A DNA stretch of 64,000 nucleotides, taken from assembly GCA_963745835.1 (NCBI GenBank), contig CAVUZH010000019.1, positions 96,001 through 160,000 on the forward strand, read 5' to 3'. A program made the position numbers and the translations under genes. The notes below the pieces were generated by a model. The model was not told the DNA's origin, did not search any database, and saw only the letters and a list, made by a program, of their open reading frames with translations. The stretch is from an uncultured delta proteobacterium (GTDB lineage Bacteria; Desulfobacterota; Binatia; UBA9968). Within the stretch, counting starts at the first letter, position 1. Each line of letters begins with the position of its first letter. Shown here piece by piece: positions 19,147 to 28,963 of this stretch.

Positions 19147-20298
19147 ATGATCAACGGTTTCAGAGTCTACGATGCCGACGCGCATGCGATCATGAGTCCG
19201 GCAATGTGGCATGAGTTGCCGGAAGATTTCATCCGGCGCCGGCCACGAGCGGTGCGGATCATCGACGATAAAGATTTGGGCCGCTGGAACACCGGCTGGC
19301 TGATCGAGGGCAGGATGGAGCCGCATGTTTTCGGTCCTGGTTCCCACGCCGCCAATACTCCCGGCATCGTCATGGAAGAGTTGGGCACTCGAACCAACGT
19401 CGACAAGGCACATGGCGCCATTCCCATCGGCTGCCTCGATCTTTCCGATCCAACCGAGCGGCTGGCTATTCTCGACAAATTGGGCATCGACGTGCAATTT
19501 TTAATGCCGAGCACGCTCTACGCCAATATCACCGAAGAACCGGCTTACGAAGCTGCGCTCTACCGCACCTACAACCGCTATATGGGCCGGCAGTGCGGGA
19601 CACAATCTGCAAGACTCAGGTGGGCCGGGCTTCTGCCGATGCGCGATACGCGCCAGGCCTGCGAAGCGATCGAAGAGATGCAAAAGCTCGGCGCGGCGGC
19701 GGCAATCGTCTACGGCACCGTCGGCAACCGTATGCTGAGCCATTCAAGCTTCGCGCCGGTCTGGGACGAGTTTGCGCGTTCAGGCTTGCCGCTGTGCGTG
19801 CACATGGGCTCGAGCTATGCCGCTCTCGCCGAGCTGTGCGAGAATATCCTAGATTCCAACATGATCAGCAAAGCCTTGCCCGCGAATCTCGCTTTCGTCG
19901 CCATCGTCGGCCATGGCATGCTCGACCGATACCCAAATCTCAAGGTCGGCTTTCTCGAATTCGGCGCCGAATGGATCTTCTATATGGCCGGGCGATTAAA
20001 GCATTATGCCGTGCTCAACAAGCGGCGCATGCCATCGAGCAAGGGACTGCTCGCGCGCGATGTCGATGATTACTTCAAATCGGAACGAATCTTCGTCGCC
20101 GCCGAAGCCGACGATACCATGATGACGCAGGAAATGGAGCTGCTCGGCGAAGATCAGATTCTTTTTTCGTCCGATTTTCCCCATGATGAGGGGCGTGGCG
20201 ATGCGATGAAAGAAATTCTTGAACGTCACGATCTTTCGGAGGCGCAAAAGCGTAAGATTCTCTGTGACAATACGGTGCGTTTTTTTGGCGCCGCGTAA
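19147..20298 (+). CDS. Amidohydrolase_2 family protein
   Basis: DADAH, PLCVH, FLEFGAEW, FSSDFPH; AAGGAG RBS. Confidence 0.9.
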   Translation: MINGFRVYDADAHAIMSPAMWHELPEDFIRRRPRAVRIIDDKDLGRWNTGWLIEGRMEPHVFGPGSHAANTPGIVMEELGTRTNVDKAHGAIPIGCLDLSDPTERLAILDKLGIDVQFLMPSTLYANITEEPAYEAALYRTYNRYMGRQCGTQSARLRWAGLLPMRDTRQACEAIEEMQKLGAAAAIVYGTVGNRMLSHSSFAPVWDEFARSGLPLCVHMGSSYAALAELCENILDSNMISKALPANLAFVAIVGHGMLDRYPNLKVGFLEFGAEWIFYMAGRLKHYAVLNKRRMPSSKGLLARDVDDYFKSERIFVAAEADDTMMTQEMELLGEDQILFSSDFPHDEGRGDAMKEILERHDLSEAQKRKILCDNTVRFFGAA

Positions 20299-20311
20299 AA
20301 GGAAGTCTGCC

Positions 20312-21292
20312 GTGAAGCTAAAATCATCATCCGTTCTCGCGCTCGGAATTATTATCGCTATGCTCTTGGCCTATACGCGCGTGAATGCGAAGCCTATCCG
20401 CATCGCGATCCCGGGTTACAACATCACTCAAATCGCTTTTTTCGTCGCCAGAGAGCGCGGCTTTTTCAAAGACGAAGGCTTGGACGTCGAGCTCATTCAG
20501 ATGAGCGGCACCGTGGCCAATCTCGCGCTGATGTCCGGGGAAGTACCATTTACGAGTGTGCCGACGGCCGCGATGACGGCAAATCTCCGCGGCGCCAACC
20601 TGCGCGTGCTCTTTACGACTTTTGAACGGCCTTTATTCTGGCTCTTCAGTAGGCCGCAGATACGCGAAATAAAAGACTTGAGAAACAAAAAGCTCGGTGT
20701 CGGCGGACTGAATCAGGCGAGTTACACTTTGCTGAGAGAATTGTTAAGTCACTACGGTCTTGAGTCTGGTAGAGACTACACGCTCATTCAAGCCGGCGAT
20801 AGCGCTCCACGCTTCATGGCGCTGACCACCGGCTTCATCGATGCAGCGCTTATGCCGCTGCCGTGGAATTTTTCAGCGCAGGAAGCCGGCATGCATGAAC
20901 TCGTCGCTCTTTCTAAAGCCGATGTTACCGCGCCCACGGGGAGCATAGTGCTCCGCGAGGATCTCCTGCGTAGTGAACCTCAAATGGTCGAGCAGTTTAC
21001 TCGCGCGACCTTGAAAGGGCTCCGCTATGCGATAGAACGGCGCGCTGGCGCTATCGGCGCTCTGACCCAGAGTCTCAAGATCAAAGAAGATCTCGCTGCT
21101 AAAGGCTACGACGCCGCCCGTCCCGCCTTAACAGCGGATGGAACCATGACCGAGGCCTCGCAACGCAAAGCGTTGGACGCGGTGCTCAAAAGTACTGGGG
21201 TTAAAGATGCGCCGCCGCTAGATAGGTTTTTCAACTTCGCGATCACGAAAAAAGTCGCGGCGGAGTTGCAGGCAAAAGGCTGGAAGCCATAA
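20312..21292 (+). CDS. SsuA/THI5-like substrate-binding protein
   Basis: Signal peptide from GTG 20312, GFFKDEGLDVELI, ALTTGFIDAA. Confidence 0.9.
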   Translation: MKLKSSSVLALGIIIAMLLAYTRVNAKPIRIAIPGYNITQIAFFVARERGFFKDEGLDVELIQMSGTVANLALMSGEVPFTSVPTAAMTANLRGANLRVLFTTFERPLFWLFSRPQIREIKDLRNKKLGVGGLNQASYTLLRELLSHYGLESGRDYTLIQAGDSAPRFMALTTGFIDAALMPLPWNFSAQEAGMHELVALSKADVTAPTGSIVLREDLLRSEPQMVEQFTRATLKGLRYAIERRAGAIGALTQSLKIKEDLAAKGYDAARPALTADGTMTEASQRKALDAVLKSTGVKDAPPLDRFFNFAITKKVAAELQAKGWKP

Positions 21293-21325
21293 GCGTTGGG
21301 TATTTGACCCATGACCTAGTCGGAC

Positions 21326-21352
21326 GGTTGAAACGACTGGAACTATTGGAAC
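21326..21352. repeat. Half copy of the TGGAAC 9-bp tandem repeat element
   Basis: GGTTGAAAC GACTGGAAC TATTGGAAC. Confidence 0.75.
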
Positions 21353-21357
21353 GTTTA

Positions 21358-22542
21358 TTAAACTTGGAAGAGCATCGTCAGATATCCCGTCCCGTTGCTC
21401 CCCTGATAGCACAGCGATTGACCTCTGACATCTTTGCCTAAAGCGCCACGCAACATATAGAGATGTCCTGCGCGCCCTTCCGGGTTCCAGGTTTCGAAAT
21501 CGTCTTCGCTCATGTCGAGCAGTCTGCCATGTTGGCCTTTCTCGAGCCATTCTTTGGCGAGCCGATCGAAGCGTTCTCCCTGCGGCACGACGTATTCCGG
21601 CGGTTTTGAAAAATCGAACGTGTGCGACAATCCACCGCTGGCGACGAAAAATGCTCTGCGACCGAGTTGCCGCACCGCCTCGGCGATGATCTCGCCAAAC
21701 CGTCGGTGCGCTTCGCGCGGCCCGCGCCACCAGATAGAGCAGGGCAAAAGCGGTATTCGCCGCTCCTGAGAAAGTAAGTGGCCGGGGACCCAAACTGCGT
21801 GTTCCTGCGCGACGCGATGAATACGCCTGACCGGCAATCCCGCGCTTCGCGCAAGATCGCCGATAAGCGCTGCCAGCTCCGGGTCGCCCGGGAAACTGAA
21901 AAGCTGCGGTTCCACGCCTTGATAGGACGCGTCGCAGCCGTCTTCGTGCTGCGCGCCGTCGTCGATAAAAAAGCCATCCCGCGGCATCCAGTGAGTCGAC
22001 GCCAAAAGAATCACGTCGGGTTGGCACTCGTCCAAATGCCGGCGCACCTGATCGATGGCAGCCAATGATTTATTGCGATGATCGTTGGCGCGGTGGCGCG
22101 CCTCGTACATCGGAATTGTGTGCGGCAAAACTGCGCCGCCGATGACTCGGCCCGTCTCGTTGGCGGACAAATGAGAAACCGGCTCGGGCTCTGCGCCACA
22201 AAATTCCCTCGCGCACCACTCGGCGAAGCTTGCACGATTGTATTCCCCTACCGAGCTCCGTTCCACGTCCGCAGAGGTTACGCGAATGACCGGAACATAC
22301 GCGCGGACAAACGCTGACGTTTGCTCATCCGCCATGAGCGCCACGGTGTAAATGCAGTCGTATTTCTCGCTGATGGTAGTACCGTTTTCTTGCCGGCTGA
22401 TCGTGCGCGGATACCCCAACACTTCAATATCGATGACGACGGCGGCTCGATCGCAGTAACGCCCGAGTCCAGGCGTCCACAAATCGGTCAGCCTGACCAA
22501 GGTACCCCGGTCGTACATATCATCTATGGTCCGGTAGTCCAT
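21358..22542 (-). CDS. LigB/HpaD-class extradiol dioxygenase with an extra N-terminal domain of about 125 aa
   Basis: C-terminal part has PH, STHW, EH..WVP, SGGLSH and PEG metal/catalytic motifs; GAGGAG RBS before MDYRT. Confidence 0.82.
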   Translation of the reverse strand: MDYRTIDDMYDRGTLVRLTDLWTPGLGRYCDRAAVVIDIEVLGYPRTISRQENGTTISEKYDCIYTVALMADEQTSAFVRAYVPVIRVTSADVERSSVGEYNRASFAEWCAREFCGAEPEPVSHLSANETGRVIGGAVLPHTIPMYEARHRANDHRNKSLAAIDQVRRHLDECQPDVILLASTHWMPRDGFFIDDGAQHEDGCDASYQGVEPQLFSFPGDPELAALIGDLARSAGLPVRRIHRVAQEHAVWVPGHLLSQERRIPLLPCSIWWRGPREAHRRFGEIIAEAVRQLGRRAFFVASGGLSHTFDFSKPPEYVVPQGERFDRLAKEWLEKGQHGRLLDMSEDDFETWNPEGRAGHLYMLRGALGKDVRGQSLCYQGSNGTGYLTMLFQV

Positions 22543-22601
22543 TTGAACTTCTCCTCGACAACAGCTGTCGATCACGGAACTTTGATAATCCTTCTATTCG
22601 T

Positions 22602-24389
22602 TCACGCTTTTCGTGACAGAGACATTTCTTCAACTACCGTTGGCAAGTGGGCGGAGATGATTGCTGGCGATCCCTGACGAACGCAGTCGAGACCCCGCCG
22701 CAAGGCCGGCGCGAGATTTTCCGGCTCGCTTACGGTTTCACCATAACCACCGACCGCCTCACCAAGTTTACCGAAATCGGGAGCAGGATCGAGAAGCCCG
22801 CCCTCATAATTACCGGTTTCCGCAGCCACGCCATCGGGATAGGCTCTCTTGAGCCCGGAAGTTCCTGTGCTGTAAGAACGGTTGGTGAAAATCACGGTCA
22901 GGAATGCGGCCTTATAATGAGCCGCGCTCCAGAGCGCGGGCAACGGAGTTCCGAACATAAAAAATCCATCGCCGGTCACCAAAACAACGTCGCTGTCCGG
23001 GCTCGCCAGCTTCGCACCAAAGGCCGCGCCGCTGCCCCAACCGCCCGATGAACCGCCGCCGCCGAAATAGGTATTCGGCAGCGCGCGGCCGTGATACTCC
23101 TGGACGTAACCGGAGTTGCTCAGCGCCTCGTCGAGAATGATGCTGTTGGGCTCGAGTATCTTCCCTAACTGGTAAGCGACCCACCGCGGGTGCATCGGCC
23201 GGCGCTGGCCCGCCCGCTGCGCCAATTCTTCCGCTTCACGCAACATCTGGCGCTTGCGCCCTTCCAGCCGCGCCTTGCGCTCGGCGATTCGACTCATGTC
23301 CGTGCGAGTGAGAATCTGAGTTGCCGCGTCATAAATGGCGCGTAGCGCGGTCACGGCCGGAACCGCCAGCCACAAATCCGCATGATATTCCATGGTCTTG
23401 TAACGCGATTGCACCGGGTCGACATCGATCCAAGCGATCTTCGCCTCTGCTCGCGGCGACTCCAGCGGTGGCATGAAGGGCATTGGGTTCTCAATGATGA
23501 GGAGAACATCCGCATCCTTGGAATTAGGGCCGGTGCCGTAAAGCGGATGCGTCGTTGGGAAATTCAGCCGGTCCACGCGGTCGGTGTCCGTCACCGGGAG
23601 AGCGAGCAGTTCAGCGAGCCGGACCAATTCCGCCACTGATGCCGGATCGCGCCCTGCCTTGCTTCCATAGATGGATGGGTTTTCCGACTTGACGAGCCAC
23701 TCGGCTATGCGGCGCGCGTCCGCGTGGTCCGGCCACGCGGGCCGCGCGATACCCAGCTCATCGCGCGTCGGGAAGCGAGTTTTTTTGGGCAACTGCAACA
23801 TCGCCGTCTCCCGCGGCACCGCCAGATAGACCGGTCCCTGCGGCTCGCTCATGGCGACTTGCAACATTCGGCTAACGATGAATCCAGGATTGTCCTGATG
23901 CTCGAGCCGGTGGTCGAGTTTGGTGTATTGCCTGACGATCTCGCCCTGATCACGCGGCTCTTGCACCCATTGCACAGGCCGGTTCCGCGCACCCAACATG
24001 GAACCGGGGTACGCGCGCGGTCCGGTACCGGCAGTCATCAAGACCGGGTAGCCGCCACGCCACGCGCTATGCAGAGCCGCGCCATAGTTTAACGTGCCGA
24101 CATCGACATGAGCAGCGGTAACTGAGGGCTGGCCGGAAATCATCGTGCAGCCAAGCGCCGCGTTCAGTGCGACTCCTTCATGCGGAACAGTAATCAACTT
24201 CGGCGTCGGCCACCCGCGCACCTGCGCCTTCGCGACGCTTTCCTGGTAAAAGGCGATTTCCGCACCGGAGACAAAGAAGATATGCTCCACTCCACCCAAC
24301 TTCATCGAAGCGACCAGAGCATCCGACCATTCCTCCGCGTTGTACTCTTGCCATCTCGGATCAAAAGCTAGGGTTTGTCCTTCGAACAT
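22602..24389 (-). CDS. Thiamine diphosphate-dependent enzyme (acetolactate synthase/decarboxylase-like)
   Basis: Catalytic HE, GPVYL, GDG..N ThDP motif (GDGFFMFG...NRSY). Confidence 0.92.
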   Translation of the reverse strand: MFEGQTLAFDPRWQEYNAEEWSDALVASMKLGGVEHIFFVSGAEIAFYQESVAKAQVRGWPTPKLITVPHEGVALNAALGCTMISGQPSVTAAHVDVGTLNYGAALHSAWRGGYPVLMTAGTGPRAYPGSMLGARNRPVQWVQEPRDQGEIVRQYTKLDHRLEHQDNPGFIVSRMLQVAMSEPQGPVYLAVPRETAMLQLPKKTRFPTRDELGIARPAWPDHADARRIAEWLVKSENPSIYGSKAGRDPASVAELVRLAELLALPVTDTDRVDRLNFPTTHPLYGTGPNSKDADVLLIIENPMPFMPPLESPRAEAKIAWIDVDPVQSRYKTMEYHADLWLAVPAVTALRAIYDAATQILTRTDMSRIAERKARLEGRKRQMLREAEELAQRAGQRRPMHPRWVAYQLGKILEPNSIILDEALSNSGYVQEYHGRALPNTYFGGGGSSGGWGSGAAFGAKLASPDSDVVLVTGDGFFMFGTPLPALWSAAHYKAAFLTVIFTNRSYSTGTSGLKRAYPDGVAAETGNYEGGLLDPAPDFGKLGEAVGGYGETVSEPENLAPALRRGLDCVRQGSPAIISAHLPTVVEEMSLSRKA

Positions 24390-24501
24390 TATCCTTGTTC
24401 TCCTATCGAACCGATCAGTTAAACTTTAATCATCGACAACCGTCGGCCAACGTAATGCCAAACCATATCAAAGTTTATAATTAATTATCTAGACTTCGTC
24501 T

Positions 24502-24558
24502 CTAGCAGCAGACCTATGTGCCTGCTCTCCAAGGGCGAACCACGTAGGTTCGCCCTAC
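24502..24558. repeat. GTAG-type REP pair (REPIN-like)
   Basis: Perfect 10-bp stem AGGGCGAACC/GGTTCGCCCT ending CTAC, facing a degenerate inverted copy CTAGCAGCAGACCTATGTGCCTGCTC. Confidence 0.7.
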
Positions 24559-24647
24559 ACAATGATGAACATTTCGCACGAAGACGCGGTTTCATAACAC
24601 TATTAAAAATCTTGATCGGATATCCGTGACCGGCGCGGTCGAGGCCT

Positions 24648-24815
24648 GTTCAAGCGTTCGCAGCGCTAGCTAAATGTTACAATCATTCCACCCCTCCACT
24701 TCGTGTCGCTCCGTTCAAACCCCCTCTTCATCCTCGCTCGCGCCGCGGGGAGAAGAGGTGGGGGAGCGATTTGAACCCGAGGCGAAGGTGGTTGAACGTT
24801 TTGAGCGATTTGAAC
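24648..24815. repeat. GTTCAA/TTGAAC inverted tandem array enclosing a GC-rich palindrome
   Basis: GTTCAAGC GTTCGCAGC ... GTTCAAAC, then CCCCCTCTTC...GAAGAGGTGGGG (24720-24764), then GATTTGAAC, GGTTGAAC GTTTTGAGC GATTTGAAC. Confidence 0.8.
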
Positions 24816-24915
24816 GGCCACAGCCCGTCCTAGATCGCTCTTCCTTAAGTGATCCCCTACAAAAGTCTTACTGCCGTTGACACAGTAGGGCTCAAGTGAA
24901 TAAATACCGCGCTAG

Positions 24916-25773
24916 GTGAGCAAGAATCTCATGCCAGATCTCGCACAGGCTCCTTTCCCATCGGCGCGCAGCCAAGCCGATACCGTCATCCACGTTGAAA
25001 ACGTCTCAAAGTTCTTTCAGACACCCAGCCAAGAAAACCTCGGCGCGCTTCTAAACATCGACTTGGACATCCGCCACGGCGAGTTTGTAACCGTCGTCGG
25101 CCCCAGCGGCTGCGGCAAGTCCACTTTGCTCAAGCTGATCGCCGGATTTTCACCGGTCTCCGGGGGCCGTATTCTCTTCCAAGGCGAGGAAGTACGCGGT
25201 CTGAACACCAGAGTCGGCTACGTCCCCCAGGAGAGCAAGCTTTTCCCCTGGCTCACAGTCGAGGAGAACGTCGGTTTCGGATTGAGTCCCAAAAAGTACT
25301 CGCGGGCTGATAGAGAGCGGCAGGTGAGCTATTTTATCAAGCTCGCGGGCCTTTCCGGTTTTGAAAAATACTACCCCGCGCAGCTATCGGGCGGCATGGG
25401 CAAACGGGCTTCGATTATACGCGCGCTTGCTTATGAACCGGCGGTGATCTTGATGGACGAGCCGTTCGGTCCATTGGACGCGCAGACTCGTATGGTGCTG
25501 CAGGATGAGTTGTTGAAAATTTGGGAACAGAAACGCCAGACCATTGTCTTTGTCACACATGACCTGGTTGAAGCCGTGGCTCTAGCCGACCGCGTCGTCG
25601 TGATGACGCATCGTCCCGGCAAGATCAAGGATGTTATCAAAATCAACATGGCCAGGCCGCGCAATATTTTTGAGATTCATCGACAGGACGGTTTTGACGA
25701 TGCCTATGGGCGTCTGTGGAACATCTTTCGTCACGAGCTCAATATCGGCCGCCCCAGCGAGCAAGATTCATGA
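24916..25773 (+). CDS. ABC ATP-binding protein, TauB/SsuB family
   Basis: GPSGCGKS, LSGGM, ILMDEPF. Confidence 0.95.
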   Translation: MSKNLMPDLAQAPFPSARSQADTVIHVENVSKFFQTPSQENLGALLNIDLDIRHGEFVTVVGPSGCGKSTLLKLIAGFSPVSGGRILFQGEEVRGLNTRVGYVPQESKLFPWLTVEENVGFGLSPKKYSRADRERQVSYFIKLAGLSGFEKYYPAQLSGGMGKRASIIRALAYEPAVILMDEPFGPLDAQTRMVLQDELLKIWEQKRQTIVFVTHDLVEAVALADRVVVMTHRPGKIKDVIKINMARPRNIFEIHRQDGFDDAYGRLWNIFRHELNIGRPSEQDS

Positions 25774-26621
25774 CGGATCAAGTCGGCCAACAACGCTCCG
25801 AGACAACCCAGCCAAAACCAACCGCAACGTCAAAGTCGATATTTTCGCGCACTGTTACCGTAACGCTAATCCGCAGCGGCATTGTAGTCGGCTTTTTCCT
25901 CGCGTGGGAATTCGCGTCCGGCAGATGGATCGAACCCTTTCTAATCAGCAGCCCCAGCCGTATTTTTACGTCTCTGTTCACCGGTTTCTACTCAGGTGAT
26001 TTAGTCCAGCACACTTGGGTGACTTTTTTAGAAGTCGCGATCGGCTTTCCGATCGGCGCTATCACCGGTATCGCCCTCGGCTACGGTTTCGGCCGCAGCC
26101 GGTTGCTCGCCGAGGTTTTTGAGCCAATCATTATCGCGCTCAACGGCATCCCACGCACCGCGCTGGCTCCGCTCTTCATCGTCTGGCTGGGCATCGGCCT
26201 GTGGTCTAAAGTCGGCGTGGTTTTTCTGCTTACGTTCTTTCTCAATTTTTTTAATACCTATACCGGAATGCGCCAAATGGATCATGAGTATGTTGACCTG
26301 GCGGGTCTCATGGGCGTCAAGGGCTGGAAGCTCACCTTCAAAGTCATTTTTCCGGCGATTTCTCCCTATGTCTTCACCGGCATTCGCACGAGCATTCCGT
26401 TCGCGGTAATCGGCGCCATTGTCGGTGAATTCGTCGCCGCTACCGAAGGCGTTGGTTTCTTCATCCGCATGTCGGCCGGCATTTTCAGAACCGCCGACGT
26501 GTTCGTCGGTATTATCGTCCTGATGATCATGGTCATTATCATGGACAAAATTGCCGAGGCGGTGGAGCGCAAAGCATTACGTTGGCAAACGCAAACAGAG
26601 CATGTTCAAATCCAGGGTTGA
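25770..26621 (+). CDS. ABC permease, TauC/SsuC family
   Basis: TM helices, PRTALAPLF, GAIVGEF; ATGA overlap. Confidence 0.93.
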   Translation: MTDQVGQQRSETTQPKPTATSKSIFSRTVTVTLIRSGIVVGFFLAWEFASGRWIEPFLISSPSRIFTSLFTGFYSGDLVQHTWVTFLEVAIGFPIGAITGIALGYGFGRSRLLAEVFEPIIIALNGIPRTALAPLFIVWLGIGLWSKVGVVFLLTFFLNFFNTYTGMRQMDHEYVDLAGLMGVKGWKLTFKVIFPAISPYVFTGIRTSIPFAVIGAIVGEFVAATEGVGFFIRMSAGIFRTADVFVGIIVLMIMVIIMDKIAEAVERKALRWQTQTEHVQIQG

Positions 26622-26637
26622 AACGAAGGGAGACCTG

Positions 26638-27681
26638 ATGATGAAATTTCCGAGGAGGCTGATCGCGGCAACGATCGTCGCATTATGCGCCGGCGCGATT
26701 CCGCACGCGCATGCTCAACAGAAAGAAATGCCGGAAGTGTCCATGTTGACCGCCGTGCCCAATTTCGCTTTCGCAGCGATCTGGGTTGCCGAGCAGCTGA
26801 AATATTTCGAGCAGGAAGGCGTGCGGGTCAAGATCACACCCGCCCCGAGTGGTTCAGTTTGTTTGAACGCGGTGGTCGGACGCTCGACGAATTTTTGCGC
26901 GTCCACTTCAGAGGGACTCGTCCTGGCACGAGTCGAGGGCGCGACGGCGATCGCGATCCAAGCGCACAACCGCACCATGACTTTGGGCGTAACCCTGCGT
27001 AAGGCGATCGTCGACAAGCTCGGCCTGACCCGCGAAAGCCCCATCGGCGCAAGGCTCAAGGCTCTCACGCAGTTGGGCACCATCGGCGCGACGGGCCCTG
27101 GCGCGGCCTCCGAACAGGTCATAAAATTTCTTGTGAAAAGAGCCGGCGCCACCGCGACCGTGCTTAAGTTCGTTTACATCGGAGCCGCCGAGCTCCCCGC
27201 TTCGCTGATGAACGACGTGATCGACGCCTACGCGCTTTCCCCTCCTTCGGCCGAAATTACCGAGGCAAGCGGCAAGGGCTACGTCCTGATACCGCTGGGC
27301 AAGGGCGAAATACCGGAATTGACCGATTACCCTTACGAAGTTCTCATGGTACGCCCGGATTACGCCGAGGCGAATCCAAAAATTGCCATGGCGGTGTCGC
27401 GGGCGATATCGCGCGGCGGCGCGCTCTTCCGCAGCAAACCCGAGGAAGCGAAAGCCGCTCTGCGCAGTCACCGGCTCTCCGTTAAATTATCTGACGACGT
27501 CTTCAATCTCTCATACAACATGGTCGCCGGCGCCATGCCGCCCTGGGGCACCATGAGCGCAGAGGGATGGCAAAAGGTGATCAACTTCGCCACCGGCGCC
27601 GGTATCGTCAAGGATCTATCGCAAGCGCCTTCGAGTAAGGAAGGCGTGCTCTGGACCAACAAATACGTCGGCAAGCCGTAG
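26638..27681 (+). CDS. SsuA/THI5-like substrate-binding protein (tandem copy 1)
   Basis: Signal peptide AHA-Q, YFEQEGVRV. Confidence 0.9.
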   Translation: MMKFPRRLIAATIVALCAGAIPHAHAQQKEMPEVSMLTAVPNFAFAAIWVAEQLKYFEQEGVRVKITPAPSGSVCLNAVVGRSTNFCASTSEGLVLARVEGATAIAIQAHNRTMTLGVTLRKAIVDKLGLTRESPIGARLKALTQLGTIGATGPGAASEQVIKFLVKRAGATATVLKFVYIGAAELPASLMNDVIDAYALSPPSAEITEASGKGYVLIPLGKGEIPELTDYPYEVLMVRPDYAEANPKIAMAVSRAISRGGALFRSKPEEAKAALRSHRLSVKLSDDVFNLSYNMVAGAMPPWGTMSAEGWQKVINFATGAGIVKDLSQAPSSKEGVLWTNKYVGKP

Positions 27682-27715
27682 CACGTTCGCACTTTATCGA
27701 GCGACACGAGGAGAA

Positions 27716-28789
27716 ATGAGAAGGATGCAGATGAGAGACACTCACAAACACGTTCTTCAATCGATCACTGCACTTGCAACCTTCGCCGCTCTCGCCTTCT
27801 CTTCGGTCCGGAGCGAAGCGCAACAAAAAGATCTTGGCGAAGTGAACATTCTCACCGCCGTATCGAACATGGCTTTCTCGGCGGTGTGGGTGGCCGAGCA
27901 ACTGAAGTATTTCGAGCAAGAAGGCGTTCGCGTCAAGATCACGCCCGCCGGCGGTGGCGCGCCGTGTCAAAACGCGGTGGTCGGCCGCTCGGCGCATCTC
28001 TGCGCTTCGAGCTCCGAAGGATTGGTGCTGGCGCAAATCGAAGGCGCACCGCTAATTGCGATTCAGGCGCACAACCGCAATCTGACTCTCAGCATCGCCA
28101 TTCGCAAAGCGATCACGGATAAGTTTAAAGTGACGCGCAGCAGTCCGCTGAACGATCGCATCAAAGTATTGACCGAGCTAGGCACCATTGGCGCGACCAG
28201 TCCGGGCGCCGTCTCGGAGCAGATATTTAAATTTCTCGTGCCTAAAGTGAAAGGCGATCCGAGCAAATTAAAGTTTGTCTATCTTGGCGGCACGGAGCTG
28301 CCGCCGGCGCTGATGAATAATGTCATCGATGCGCTCGCACAGTCGCCGCCTTCGGCCGAGATCACCGAGGCCGGCGGCAAAGGCTACGTCCTGCTTCCGC
28401 TCGGGCTCGGCGAAGTGGCCGAGCTGACCAATTATCCTTACGAAGTCTTGATGGCGCGTCCGGATTGGGCCGAGCAAAATCCCGCTCTTGCAACCGCAGC
28501 GTCGCGCGCGATCTCGCGCGCGGGCGCCCTGTATCACAGCAATCCCACCGCGTTCAAAACCGCGCTGCGCGCACACCGTTACTCGGATAAATCCAAACTG
28601 GAAGACAGCGTCTTCGACCTGGCTTACTCGATGATCGCCCCGGCGATGCCCGCCTGGGGTGACATGAATCAGGAGGGTTGGCAAAAGGTACTGGATTTTT
28701 CCATCGGCGCGGGAATCGTCAAAGACCGCGCCAGGGCTCCGTCGGCAAAAGAAGGTGTGTTGTGGACGAACAAGTATGCGGGGAAGTAG
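27716..28789 (+). CDS. SsuA/THI5-like substrate-binding protein (tandem copy 2)
   Basis: Shares long identical blocks with copy 1 (WVAEQLKYFEQEGVRVKITPA, KEGVLWTNKY). Confidence 0.9.
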   Translation: MRRMQMRDTHKHVLQSITALATFAALAFSSVRSEAQQKDLGEVNILTAVSNMAFSAVWVAEQLKYFEQEGVRVKITPAGGGAPCQNAVVGRSAHLCASSSEGLVLAQIEGAPLIAIQAHNRNLTLSIAIRKAITDKFKVTRSSPLNDRIKVLTELGTIGATSPGAVSEQIFKFLVPKVKGDPSKLKFVYLGGTELPPALMNNVIDALAQSPPSAEITEAGGKGYVLLPLGLGEVAELTNYPYEVLMARPDWAEQNPALATAASRAISRAGALYHSNPTAFKTALRAHRYSDKSKLEDSVFDLAYSMIAPAMPAWGDMNQEGWQKVLDFSIGAGIVKDRARAPSAKEGVLWTNKYAGK

Positions 28790-28833
28790 GTTTAAGTCTC
28801 GTTCTTGATTCTGAATTTGTGAGGGGCTCGCAA

Positions 28834-28903
28834 CACACCCGAGCTTAGAGGAGCGCAGCGGATTTCTAATCCTTGGACCGTGCGTTCGAATCGCGCGGGG
28901 GCA
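28834..28903 (+). pseudogene. Degenerate tRNA-Arg(TCT)
   Basis: Anticodon arm GCGGA-TTTCTAA-TCC, intact T arm GTGCG-TTCGAAT-CGCGC, 3' acceptor GGGGGCA; 5' acceptor and D arm eroded. Confidence 0.72.
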
Positions 28904-28963
28904 CTTAATTTCCGGTCACTTAGCTTACCTCTCTCACTTTTCACGTTAGGCGATGTCTCCAAA

